DNA from: Catajapyx aquilonaris
Taxonomy: Eukaryota
Direction of reading: 5' to 3'
DNA length: 64,000 nucleotides
NCBI GenBank assembly: GCA_000934665.2
Contig: KZ538460.1
Coordinates: 1 to 64,000, forward strand
Numbering within the stretch: position 1 is the stretch's first letter; the number at the start of each line of letters is the position of its first letter. This document shows, piece by piece, positions 38,701 through 51,900 of this stretch. The translations under genes were made by a program, and so were the position numbers. Below the pieces are notes generated by a model. It searched no databases. It was given only the letters and a program-made list of their open reading frames with translations, and was not told the origin of the DNA.

Positions 38701-41700
38701 AAATTGAAGTTGAACCTTCAAATGAGACTTTCCTCTTCAATCACTCACCCCAGCTTTGTCCTGAGATTTCATGGAACTAAGAGCCTGCATAAGTCCAAAC
38801 AGCTGCTCAAAGTACTGAGGGCAGAGTAATAAATTCATTGGAATGCACTCTCGAGGTGGTGGTGGAAGAACAGATGGCACCTCCACAGTTGTAACATCCC
38901 TTTTCTTTTGTGGTCGAGACACACCCATGGAGATGAAGACAAGCTGAAAATATCACATGCAGGGAGTTGCTCATTTTGCTGTTAAGAGTCCACTCATTTC
39001 AGGTGGGAAAAAAAGGCAAAACATCAAACACATGGTAAAAGTAGTAGAGTAAGGTTTTTAAAACTCGGAAAACTATTCCAAACAACATATCAAGATGAGT
39101 TTACATGCGAGCGATTTGACGAGCGAAATCTTCGCCGAGGCTGAAATTAACAATCGATTTTCGCCTCAAACAATATTGGTTACTTGGGTTACTCAGCCTC
39201 GGCGAAGATTTCGCTCGTCAAATCTCTTGCATGTAAACGCATCTCTAAACGTATAAAAAAAATTTAACATGGGAAAGTTTGGCCACCATCTTGGATTTAG
39301 TGTTGAAATCAGTAATACACACATTATTATATAATGCTATACTTCTGGCTGAAATTTCCTTCGAATAATTATATGGGGGGTCCACCTTTTGTCAAAAATG
39401 AGTTACTCAGAAGATACTTTCACTAGTGTAGAATATGATGATTTGGTCGTGGTTGTGAAGTAATGATCATAGGTCACTATGGAAGGCCCCGAAAGTGAGA
39501 TTTACAATAGGCTAATTCTATGCAAAAGTGTACATCAGGATCGGATTTTAAATTAAATAATTTCTATGATATTATGGTATTTTCTGAAAGCTGAGATTGT
39601 GCATTTTTTATTTTTGAACAGATATTAGATAATTGTCACATACAATCAAGTTAACAATACTGTTTATTTCCAATATGGCGGGTGTGCAAATATCTGTGTT
39701 CTAAGGCTCCATAAAGATCTTCATAATTCAACAAGTAAGCTAGTGTTTTTCATGCAGTAAACGGTGATTATTTTCTATCACATAAGAACTGGATGACTGT
39801 ACTATATATTTATCTTTCCATTGCCATGACTTATTCAGCATAAAAATTAGCCAGTTTAAATACCATCTTTGTGTGTTGTGTAAGTCACAATTTTTAGACC
39901 TTTTTTTAATTTTTAGCTGAGTACCAAAATCTAAAAGTTGATATTAATTACCTTCTCAAGACACAGTAGTACCCTTCAAATAATAATAAAAATTGTGAGG
40001 TAATTTTTGTATGAACATTGTTATAGCCATTTAATTTTTGTCATGTATGTCACGTTTCCGCTTGGATGCCACTGTCACTATTGTTTCCCGGCTGGTAAAG
40101 TGGCACTTACAGTAGTGGAACGGACGAAAAAGCAAATGTCGCAGTTCAAGCAAGAAGGGAAGTAAGAGCTGTCCTAGATAAGTGCATTGGAAAGGCAAAA
40201 AGAAGGGTGTATTTTTTGTTTAAATCAGTGACTTTTAGTGAGAGAGAAGCGTTGAAGGTAAAATGTAGAGTTTGAGAAGCCATCAATGCCAGACAGTTTG
40301 ATCCAAATGCAGCTGGAGAATTTGCAGAAGTTGACCATAGAGTTTATCCAAATATTAATATTATACTCATTGAATCAAAGGATATTGAAAGAAGAATAGC
40401 TACGCTTGATGAAATGAATTCCTACTAAAAAAGAAGTTGTTTATTTTCCTGGCTAAGGAAATCTCAGTATTTCAGTACACTTGGACATTATGAACTAGAA
40501 CATTCTCTTATTTCCAATGCTGCCATTCTTGAGTTTGATATTGTTTATTTTTAACTTGACTTATTAAGGGGGCAATACAGTCATTAATCTTCAAAAATTC
40601 GATTAAAAATAAATAAATAAATTTTTAAAAATCAAGCGTCTTTTCCCGCGGCGAACGCGTCCCGAAATTCAAAAAATTGGCGCGTCGGGAGCCGACTCCT
40701 GGCAACGACCTTCGGAATCTTTTAACTTTAAACGCGTTTTGCTCAATTTGCCGGATTTGGACAGGGCAGGCATCACCCAGTCCACAAAAATTTAGCTATG
40801 GACTTCCCACTTCACCAGATTATCCTCAAACATGGCGCTATCATTTGGCCTAAAAGAATTAGCCTGCTCGAACTACTTCTATTTTTACTTTCATTAAATG
40901 TTTTCTGAAAACTGCTTAATTTTGTAGTTATCTTTCTGAAATTGTCAAAAAAAACTAAAACGATTTCAAAAATTATAATTCTAGGTCAAAGGAAAACTAC
41001 ATGCTCAAGGAAGTCTGAGGTCAAATCTGACGGTTGTAGGTTGACCCCAGCGCCCTCAATCGTGCCCGCAGTGGCGCGACGTCATGTGGCCCTGGCGGCC
41101 CTTCGACACACACACGTAATTCAATTATAGGCGATAATAGGTCTTTGACTTATGTACATTCATGAAAATGAAGTCCCAACTTCTTGTCTCTAATGGTTTT
41201 TTTATTGGCGATTTTTCACAAAACCCTTGATTTTTACTGTAGTGCCCCCTTAAAGACATTGTACCACAGACTTCTGGTACTCATACCTGCTAATTCATCC
41301 CAGATGTGTAATTTGCCTGCAGAATCTACAAATAGTATGGAATCCTCTTTTAATTTTGCAGATAATAAAGCAGATTTGTCATTGACTGCAAATGTAATGG
41401 ACAGAAGTCACTGCATGCTTTGTTGGGCAAGTTATACCAATTTATAGACCATTTTATACAAACATATAGACTACATACATTGTAGTAGCTTACATACACA
41501 TTCCGCCTTCATGGCATTATATCTCATGACAGGGTGGCCAGCGATGACAATAGGGTTCACACGAGCACAAAATTCCTAGGAAATTGTCTGGAAAGTTGAA
41601 TTCCAGGTTTTGTCACCCGTCCAAACGGGAAAGTACAAACTCGGAAAGTCTGCCCCAAGTTGGAAAAGATTCCTAGTTGGAGAAAGTAGGAATCTCACTC

Positions 41701-44700
41701 CAACATGGAAAGTGGGGTCACGTGACTTCTGAGAGCATGCGCTTCAGGGGCGCATGCCGACTTTCCCTCCCCTCCACTCCCCCCCCCCCTGCTCTTTTCC
41801 CCCGTCTCGTTGTTGGGTGGCGCGGGTGGCGCGTTTCATCTGTTTTAACCTGGCTCGTGTGGACTACTGTCACTGGGAAGTTGGAAATTACTTGGAATCT
41901 ACATTTAGTAGAATCTATTTTCCAGCACTTTCCTAGGAATTTCGCGCCCGTGTGAACGTACCTAATCAGGTGTCACACCTGGCCATCTCACATGGCAATA
42001 CAATGAATCCACTGCTGTCTGCTCAGGTACACACATTATACAGAGTGATTCTCTCGAATGGAAACCCAAACATTCCTCAATAACTCTTTAACTATGGTAT
42101 GGTTCCCGATGAAAATTAACATGTACTTACCTTGTATCATGCCAAAAAAGGTCTGACTAAAGAATATACCAAAAGTGGACCCCTCCACCATCCAAGAATT
42201 TTTTAATCCGAGTCTGCATATTGCCGAAGACTCCTGTAGATTGCCGGCGGGAATGGCTCAACTCCCGCCCACCCGCCTGCTTGGTGAGAGGGCATCGCAA
42301 GGCCACGGTCCCATTGCCTTGAGATGCCGTCTCGCCAAGCAGGCAGGCGGGTGGGAATAGATGGGATCGCCGCCGTCAATCTGCAGGAGTCTTTGGCAAT
42401 AAGCAGACTCGGATTAAAAAATTCTTGGATGCTGGAGGGGACCACTTTTGGTAAATTGTTTTGTCAGGCCTTGTTTGGCATGATACGCCCAAGGCACCTG
42501 ATGGACCATGGACCTGTAATGCAAGGGGGAAGCCTGCAAACGAAACACAGCTAATATTTTCGATGGCGCCGAAGTGGGCCATTTTACACGTGGCTGCTAT
42601 GATAATCGTAAAGCGCTTCTATTAATAGCCGTTATAAAACGACACTTGAAGTTGGACCACCCTGTATTATTCATGAGCTGCACACGATGGTGGTAGCAGT
42701 TTTTCGATTAGGCCACATATACAGCCATGGTGGCATCACAATCCCCAAAAACGGCCTGGGATTGTTGGTGCGTTATGGGTGGCATTGCCCTTATCCATTT
42801 TAAATGGCATTTTCATTTCAGCATTCCTTCATTCCGCCTTTGTGGTAACCATTGAGTCCTAATGTCCTCACATGAGAACATAGCATTTTGTCATTATTTT
42901 GGTAAATATTTTAGAACTATAATTTTTTTCTTGTTTCTTACTGGCATAATGTTCAGAAAATGCAACAGGAACTGATATTGCATTACAGATTACTTCTCAG
43001 GTATGTAGAGACTATATTTAAAAGAAATCAGAGCCATATACATTAATAATGTGCACATTTTACTGATTTCAACAATAATGCAAGATGGCAGCTTTCCCAT
43101 GCTTAGATTTTTCTAGACTCTTGATATGTTGTTTGGGATAATTGTCAGTCTAAAAAACCTTGCTTTACTTCTATTACAATTACTTCAAAATTTTCACTTA
43201 AAATGACTGGCCTATAAGGGCTAACTTACTTGTAGGTCCTTAAATCCAGCAGCATCAAGAGTTTTTTCATCAAATTCTGCCGTTAGCTCTTGGCCCTGAG
43301 AGATCATGCGGAGGGGACCCTCAGTCAGCAGTGAGCCTAACACAGGTGTAGCTGAGACTTTTTCAGATGTACTAGAACTTTGGACTCCACAGCTTTTGCT
43401 GGCCTGGAGTGCCTCCCACCACTTTGTCACTTCTGCTCGTAGATCTGCCACATAGTCCGAGCTCAATAGCTCCAGGCTTACCTTCTCTGCCATTCCAGCT
43501 GGCTGAACCATCACCCGAAGTGGGACTGCACCACGTTCACCCACTAGTTGGGCATGACTTCCAATACCTTGTCCTTCAAGAGCCCACCTCCTGAGATGAT
43601 AGGCATACCTATAAAAGTAGGCAATTGTTAAGCAAGAATAAAAAAGTTGAAATGCTGCTAACTCGGTACACACATCTGGAAAGTAGTGGGTACTTTTCTG
43701 TTAACCGCATGCCAGTAGTTGATTGTTTGCAGAATGGCCTCCCCCTTTGTTAGTTATTGCTAATGGCTGGCACTGGTCCTAGACTACCATCCTACAGGTA
43801 ACTTATTGTTATACTACTGGTGTGCAGTTAACGGAAAAGTACCAAGTAGTGTACTGTCCTCGTAGGGAGAATATTGTACACTAGGGGCAAGATAACTCAT
43901 GCGTTTGGGGAGGTGGCTTGTGACCATGGCAACCATAATTAGCCCTGCCCCCTATACCAGTCGACCAATCAGGATTCGATTTCAAAGGACATGGGCGTAT
44001 GTTCTAACACCATATTTCTCCACCAATCGTTCTTAATTCCATATAAAAACCTCAGCAAGGGGCAGGGCCAAGGACACAACCCACGCCCAAAACCCATGAG
44101 TTATCTTGCCCCTAGTATAGTGATGTCACAAACCAATGAATACAAGACTGTTGTGTCCTGCCATGAATGTGCCTAGATTGTTGACAGAACTGTTGATTGT
44201 TGTCAGTTGTTACCCAACTGTTTAGAATTGCTTCCCCTGTGTATTGAGTGAGCCTAGCTAAGCAGTTGGCTCTGACCTCCACTCTATTTTTGTACCATTG
44301 TAATAATACAACTGGTAGTTCAGCATACGAGTCCTTTCTTCTTGCCGCCAATACACAACAAAGACATTGACAATCTCCTCATGTCCAAAATATTCTAATA
44401 GTTTTATAAAATCTTGATGCTTAAAATTTATAATATAATAACTAACTTACTGTGTGCGTGTAATAAAATAAGGCACAATGAGTGAGTTTACATGGGACTA
44501 AAAATCGTCCTAGCTATGGCGGCCTAATCAAGGCAAACCGGTTTACTCCCATGTAGCAGTGGCAAAAGTGGGAGCAGGCTTTGCATAGACCGGCCTTGCT
44601 TAGGGGGGCTGGGCCAGGCCGATTTTTAGTCCCATGTAAATGCAGTCAATATGTCCCAACATGTTCTATTCACACAGCTCGATGTATCAGGGGAAAACTA

Positions 44701-45896
44701 TGAGAATGGGTCAGTTTTGTGGGGGCAGAACTGACGTGTTTTCTGAGTCTGTTGAGAAAGTCGGCCCATTTTCAAAGTTGAACATACTAATGAGTGATGG
44801 ATGAGCCACAGTCAAAGGATTGGTAGGACTGAGGGGTACCTGGAAAAATGGGTATATTGGATTTCAGTATATTAGGATAGGAAGGTTTGGTTAGTGGAAG
44901 GAACTTAATAGTTTTTGTCACTTGGTAGCTAGCACATTATGTGATAAGGGGGCATGCATTGCACTATTCCTCATTTTATCATTCATTTACTTCATGGTTA
45001 TTTCTATTATGGTAGTCAGCAATGATGAGAAAGACAGAGGTAGTAAACTTGTAACTCTCCTTGCTGTTTCACATAACCAGATAAAAATATTTCTGGAGCA
45101 CTGGTCAGATGCTTACAACTACTTCTGCAAAATATCTGTAAACAGCATCTGGCAAGAAATGGCTGACATGTGAAGGAGTCACCCAGGACAGCAACACTGG
45201 CTACTTGATAATGTCACTTGATAATGGTTTTAAACCAAAAATTGTACTCAGCAGGTCTTTTGGGCTCTAGCTCGCATCATATAGTTTTCTTAGTAAAAAA
45301 TGTAGGCTTGAAGTACTTATTGCAGGTGCTTTTTGGAAGATGACATTGAAGAAATGCAACAGAAGTGGGAAAAAGCCCAAATGTCAATTATGGACATTTG
45401 ACACAATTCAATATGGTCTGTAAAACCGCAAGGTGTAAGCTTGGGGGAGAGGTTTGTTAGCCATAAACCCCTCATGTTGGGACAACTACAAACCAAAATA
45501 AAATCCTGTTATGAAATAATTTTCTGGCACATTCAAGGTAATTACCTCATATTGTAACCCCCCTCTAGCTGACCTACAACCAGCCTGCACCTTACAGTAG
45601 TTATGAACTATGATTAGCCAAGAAATGCAGAAAATATCAATGTTTTTTTTTTTTTTTTCCTGTACCCCGTTATCTGGCCGATAGGCCATTTCTAGGGGGG
45701 TGGGTTACCAGAAAATATCCATGTAACATCAGCAAAAAGCAGGTGTGACACTTCCTTCAAATTACAAACTACAGTGAAACCTGTCCGTAATGGGCCCTTA
45801 GTATAGTAAAATCCTGTTCATTGTGGAATTTTTTCTAGGAACAGGTGTATTCAGAGGACATGAATTCCGTGTCTAATATAGTGGAAACTTGTCCAC

Positions 45897-45928
<32 letters not shown>

Positions 45929-48900
45929 TATGTATTTATTTATTTATTTATTTATTTAATCTTGCTACCTCGTGCTAGAGCCCTTAGCTCCCTTCGGGGG
46001 GTGGGACACCACCATATTTTCTGTGATATTTTTCCATTTTATTCGAGCTCCGGTGCAGGGAATCAAGGACATTGGGTAAGGATAAGGATTTTTGGGCAGG
46101 GGACACAGGTGCAAGTGGGTTAATTGGAGCTGAGTTGTAGACAAAAAACAGGCCCCCTCCAAAGTAACTTGACACCCACAAGTTAAAAGATTTCACTTCA
46201 CCTTCTGCGAAAGGTTTCCAAATGTGACTTGAGCAGAACAAGAGCTCGATGTATCCTAAGTAAACTCGACTCTTCATTTTCACTGATATCCTTTGTGGCA
46301 GCAGCCAGACTCTCCATACAACGGTTAACAAACTCCTCTTCATGCTCCAGCTGCTTTCCTATGTAATAGCAGTTCAGGTACTGAATAGCTGTCATGCTAA
46401 CATCTGAAACAAAATAACAAGAACTAATTCTGGTTCACAAGCTGAAGTATAATAATAAAACATGTGATGGCTTGGGCAATCCTTTTTGCAGCATGGCAGC
46501 CCTTCCAATTGCGTACAATGGGTTACCTAATCAAGTTCATTGCATGTCAGTTTTGGTCACCCAAAAATTGGGCATCATCTCCACAAGAACAATAAAATTT
46601 GAAGTAAAAATTATTGCATGTCCTTGGTGCCTTATATGGCCATTAGAAATTTGGGAAAATTTTGCAAATTAACAACACTCAGATCCTAAAATCTCAGCTT
46701 AACACTCCATGGTTTGCAATTCTAGCTTGCATTTTTCTAACAGGCACTGCATAATATCTTAGCAGAACAAGATAAATGGGTGCCCTACTGATTCCTACCA
46801 TACTTGCTAGGATCTTTTTAATTCCTTTGAAATTGTTAGATATTTAAGCAAAGCACTAACCTGTGTTGGTGGCCCTGACAGCTATCTGCCAGAGATGATC
46901 CATACCAACAGCATCTGCCTCCCAAAAGACACCCTCAGAATGGGACTGGGCTAGGCGGGCTAAGTTGAACAACTGCTGAAAGAGAGTCAATCCTGTCATG
47001 CTGATTGACTCAGGGGGCAGACTTGGAAGCTTGCGCAGGTAAAGGTGTTTCAGGCAGTCAACACCAAGAGCATGTTGTTCTTTGTTCTTCGCCTGGGAGA
47101 GAAGCCAACTGAAGAGCTCATCAGAACACTGGTGGTCTGTTGCGAGACAAGCCCACAGCACGTCCACCTGTTCCAAATCCAGTTGGAAACTCTCGGGAGA
47201 GCCTAAAGTGCTGAACACGGAAGTTAAAAATTGCAACCGAACTTGCACTTCCACTTGATGGGAATAGCACATCAAGCGTGGACCCTGCTCAACATATGTC
47301 TTCAAATTGTTGAAAAACAGATTCATCATGCCCATCTCCTTGTCAGCCCAAAGTGTCACGGCGTGTGTGTCCATCATTCTAAGTTGTTGGAATGACGCAA
47401 AGAGTTTTGGAAGAAGGCGTAGCGACACCACCACTGATCGATTGTGGGCCAAATTCTCCAAGCAGCCTTCAATGAACTTCATTCGGATCACCTTGTCTGT
47501 GTTGAAGCAGACCAGATTACACAGGGCTTTCTCTGCCTCCAGAGACAAACCTTCGCTCAGTTGCATCTGCAGAACAAAGCAATATGTGACTCTCCACTTT
47601 GTGCAACCACTAAAATACTCACAATTTGGTTGTCCTGAAGCAGGTCCCAGAGCAGCGTGTTTCCAGGCTTGCAGACATTCTCCAGTTTGAAGTGGGAAGA
47701 CAGCCTTGACGAGCTCTGAAGAGCTTCCCTGAACTTTGAGGAGGAGGTGTGGAAGCGTGACGGATACATAGATGCCATTCCGGCCAACTGGAGCCAAGCA
47801 CACGCTTGTTGGAAGCCACACATGGTGTTCCAAAATCATGCACTACTTACCTGGGCATGGGCAGCCAATTGTGCCAGCTCATCGTCACACCCTGACTCCT
47901 CACCATCAAAGTCTGCCATATTCTTATCAGACTTGTTGCTCATCCTGGATGAATAGCTTCCTTCTTCACCACTTCCAGCATCCTCCAACAGTTCCCTAAA
48001 AATTGGCCACTATTGCATTCCAATCTTGGAAAGAGAACACACACAACCCTTACCGCCGCGACTGATGAAAAGGCCTTATTAATGGAGTAACTTCGCCCGA
48101 GCTGCTGAAACGAACCAGGCTAGCCAATTCCGTAATGACCGCACCCTGAGGAGTTTCTTGGGAGCTGTCTTGTGACTGCTCCAGCATGGGCATGAATTCA
48201 TTTTCTCCATGCCTCAGAACAACATTAGGAACAGCTTGGTCTGCATCATCAACCTGAATCACTTCCTTTTTGGTTTGATCCTTGCCTTCATCTTTCACTA
48301 CCTCCACATCTATGGCAGCATCTGCCTTCTCACGGATCAGTTGTTCAGACAAGTTGGTAATTGCCATTTTCCCAATTGGTGGATCATTCTTGGCTTTTGT
48401 AACTAGACAGGAACAGCAATAATAATAACACCTGAACAACAATTGTTCATAAACAATAATCCACACCTTTTAAGCGTTTCCTCTTTCTCAGCACTTTTCT
48501 CCTAGCGGGTTTGGATGCCTCCTCTCCCCCAGACTTTTCTGCATCAGCATCGCTATCACTGCATGCTGTCTCAACGCAGCTCTTGGCTTCAGTCTCTCCA
48601 GCGAGTTTTGTAAGTTCTGGAGATGCCCGTTTCTCCTTAGGCAGACTCCTAGCAATAGACCAATTTTAAGGTTTTCTTTCAGAGACAAAAGCAAGCTCGA
48701 AATCTAAGAAGCTGAGTTCACACTCACTGATCTGGTTCATTCCCTGCAATTTTTTTTTCAATAACAGGGGCTGAGTTGCCTCCTTTAGGCTCTTCTATCG
48801 AATCATCTGAAAACTCATCCTTTCCGACTTCTGCAAAGCAAATCATAGTCATAAGAGCTCAGGTCAGTGAAAAATTATGCATAGTTGAACACTTCTGCCA

Positions 48901-51900
48901 TGAAGGACACATTACTGCTACGAATTGACAATTGAATATATCCAGATACAAAATATCCCAGTAATACCTTCAATTGCCTTTGGTAGTGACTTTTTGAAGC
49001 ATTTCTGCTTCTTCTGCAATCTTTCACCAAACATGGGGCCCTCACTTGCTTCACTCTGGGTCCTATTTATCTCACTAGGCTGTGAGCTGTCATGCTGCTT
49101 CAAAGAAATAATGTTCCATTAAAATTACATTCACCGAAACAACATGCTACATTCAACAGAATTGCCTATGCATATGCAGTGATTGGCTTAAAGCCATGTT
49201 TACATGTGAGCGATTTATCAGTCATGTAAGAGATCAGTGAAAGTAACAATGGTGGTAACATTATATTTTCGGCCCAAACTGTTAGTCTCATAGCTGCAAC
49301 ATCACTGATAAATCGCAGTGCATGTAAACAGGGTCCCCTACATGGTTGCCTCCCCCACCCTAACCAGGGTATTGTCTTCACATAGTCCTTACGGGGCGGC
49401 CATATTGGAGCTAGATTGCATGCTGCAGGATAGGAAATTGGGAAGCGATTCTTTTTTGTTTTTTTCAACTGTTTTTTTTTTCATATGGTTTTTTCCTATC
49501 TGATTTAGCTCCAATATGGCGGAGAGACAATACCCTGTCTAGGTGGGGGAGGCACTCATGGAGGTGACCCTGCATGTAAAAGCAGCTTAATAGGCCTTCC
49601 CTCTTTTCCACCATATACTAGATATTTCTTACTAGTGTATTAATCCTGGGGTGGTGCTTTCCCCCAAATGGTGGTAAATCACATGGACATTTATTTAGTC
49701 ATATGTGTACATTTGGAACCTATTTTTGAAGCACCCGGGCCCACGGGCAGGATGATAGGAGGGGATGTGCAAAGTGCAGTGCGCGCACTAATATGGGTAC
49801 ATTTTGTGAACTCCCCCGGGTGGATAAGTCTATTGGACATTCCACCCGAGACGAAGTCAGAGACGACCTAAACTCTGCACGAGATGAAGGGGGTGTCCCG
49901 GGGCTGGGATCGAACCCAGGACCTTAACATCCCTGGGCACGTACGTTACCGCAGCGCCACTCCGCCTCCCTTTTACTAGAGTATTATCCTGCTCGCAGCA
50001 GATTCGTTGGTCCAAAACAAGTTAAAGATGTAGAGGGAAGAAATGTGAGCAGACATCTGCCCATATAACCACACAGCAACACACACAACACCCTATTCTA
50101 GGGAGATCACCTGGCAGATGGACCAGCTCATCTTACAAAACTAAAGAGCAGGATGTTGAGCATGATAATCATTACTAGAAAACGAATTTCTAGGTTTTTA
50201 CCTACTTTGTATTCCGTAGGCAGAATACAGGAACCAAAATATTGATCCCTTTCATAATATGAGGACCTCAAAAATCATAGTTTTATAGAACCTAAAATAG
50301 CCTATTTTGGGTGTTGGAACCTAAATGACCTATTAGTGCCTATTGCACCTTTTTGACACCGTTCTGTAAGATTTTCAAGAGTTTTTGCGGGTTTTCCGTT
50401 CAAGGCATCCCTCCTGCTTCAACCTGCGAACAGCGAAGAAGCCGTCGGCATGCAGGATGAAAAGTAGAAGAAATTTCACTTTTCAAGTATGATCCAGTTA
50501 CTTCGAGTGACATCGAAAGGTCATTTTCAGTGAATTCAGATACGTATTGTTAGATAGGTGTCGGGCGAATGTGCATCAGGCGAATTGGTATGATACCCTT
50601 GCCATTGACGTCATCGTTTCGCTTACCAACACATAGTCAACAGAAATCTGCCGAAAGCATCCCTGGAACCTCCCACTTTTCAAGTTTTCATGGAGATGCC
50701 CTCATGCAACAATGGTAGTAAATAGAGTTCTTTTTGTTGACACTGTTTACTCTTATTGCTGTGTGAGGGCATCTCCATGGAAACTTGAAAAGTGGGAGGT
50801 TCCAGGGATGCTTTCGGCAGATTTCCATTGATTAGGAGTCTGTAAACAGAACAATGATGTCAGCGGCAAGTTAGGCTGGGCCGACTATAGTATACATAAT
50901 TACAATGCTCTTTGATGTTGTTCAAAAAACATTCTTGGTAATTTATCCCCATAAATGAGTTGAAAAGCATTCTTACAGAAGGAAGCTATTTCGCCATCAA
51001 TAGCCTACAATTCTGCCAACACTTGCCTATGCTATGAGTGGCTTCATTGCGTTATGATTGGCATGCACAATCACACCAATGCTACTTTTCCAGTACTTTT
51101 GATGCTAACACGTTTATTTCCACCAGTTACGTGAAGTAGCCATATCTACACAATTTGTTGCAGTAACTAGTTGCAAGCGATCACCATATTCTTGTCAAAA
51201 ATCAGGCCCGCCCAGAGCAGCAGTACCTAACCATTCAGTGCACATCATAAGTCATATTATTTGTTTTCATAGTGAATTTGCAGCATGAAAGCTGCTAAAG
51301 ATATTTGTTAATACATTTTGAGAGTCAAACCTGCAAAAATATATGGAATTGGGCGATTCTAGACCAGTGAACACACAAAAGTAAAGAACTCTAAACTAGT
51401 CTTATGTAATACTTAACAACATTACACAGCCCACCCTAATCGAGGCCTTATGACCATCCTCACCTGCTCTTCTTCCTCTTCTTCATCTTCCTCCTCTTCT
51501 TCTTCAGAATTACTGGCTTCCATGCTCACACTATTCTCACTACTGCTATATTCTTGCCTTGAGCCTTTAAACTTGTCAGACTGACTTTTCAGAAGAGCCA
51601 TGTTGGGAGACTCCCGAAGGATTTGGCAATACGAGTCCCCATTGGTCCAGATCAATTTGATCAAAGATGATGCCAGGTATAAACTCTTAAAAAATCAATC
51701 AAGATACTAAATCCAATTCAAATTGCTGGCACAAGTACAAACTTGTAGAACGATTCCTTACCTGCTCTGTATGTTCCCTGGGTTCCAGAGCACACAGAAG
51801 CTGATATAGATGTAAAAGTGGCCCAGCTTCCAGATTCTTGATCAGAGGAGGTAAGAGGTCAAAAACTTGCTTACTGCAATGCTTCAGCTGAGCAGATTGC

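Noticed and set aside
50490..50540. PVTSSDIERSFS, similar to the hAT dimerisation motif
   Set aside because: Isolated short match with no definable element boundaries; not reported as a feature.
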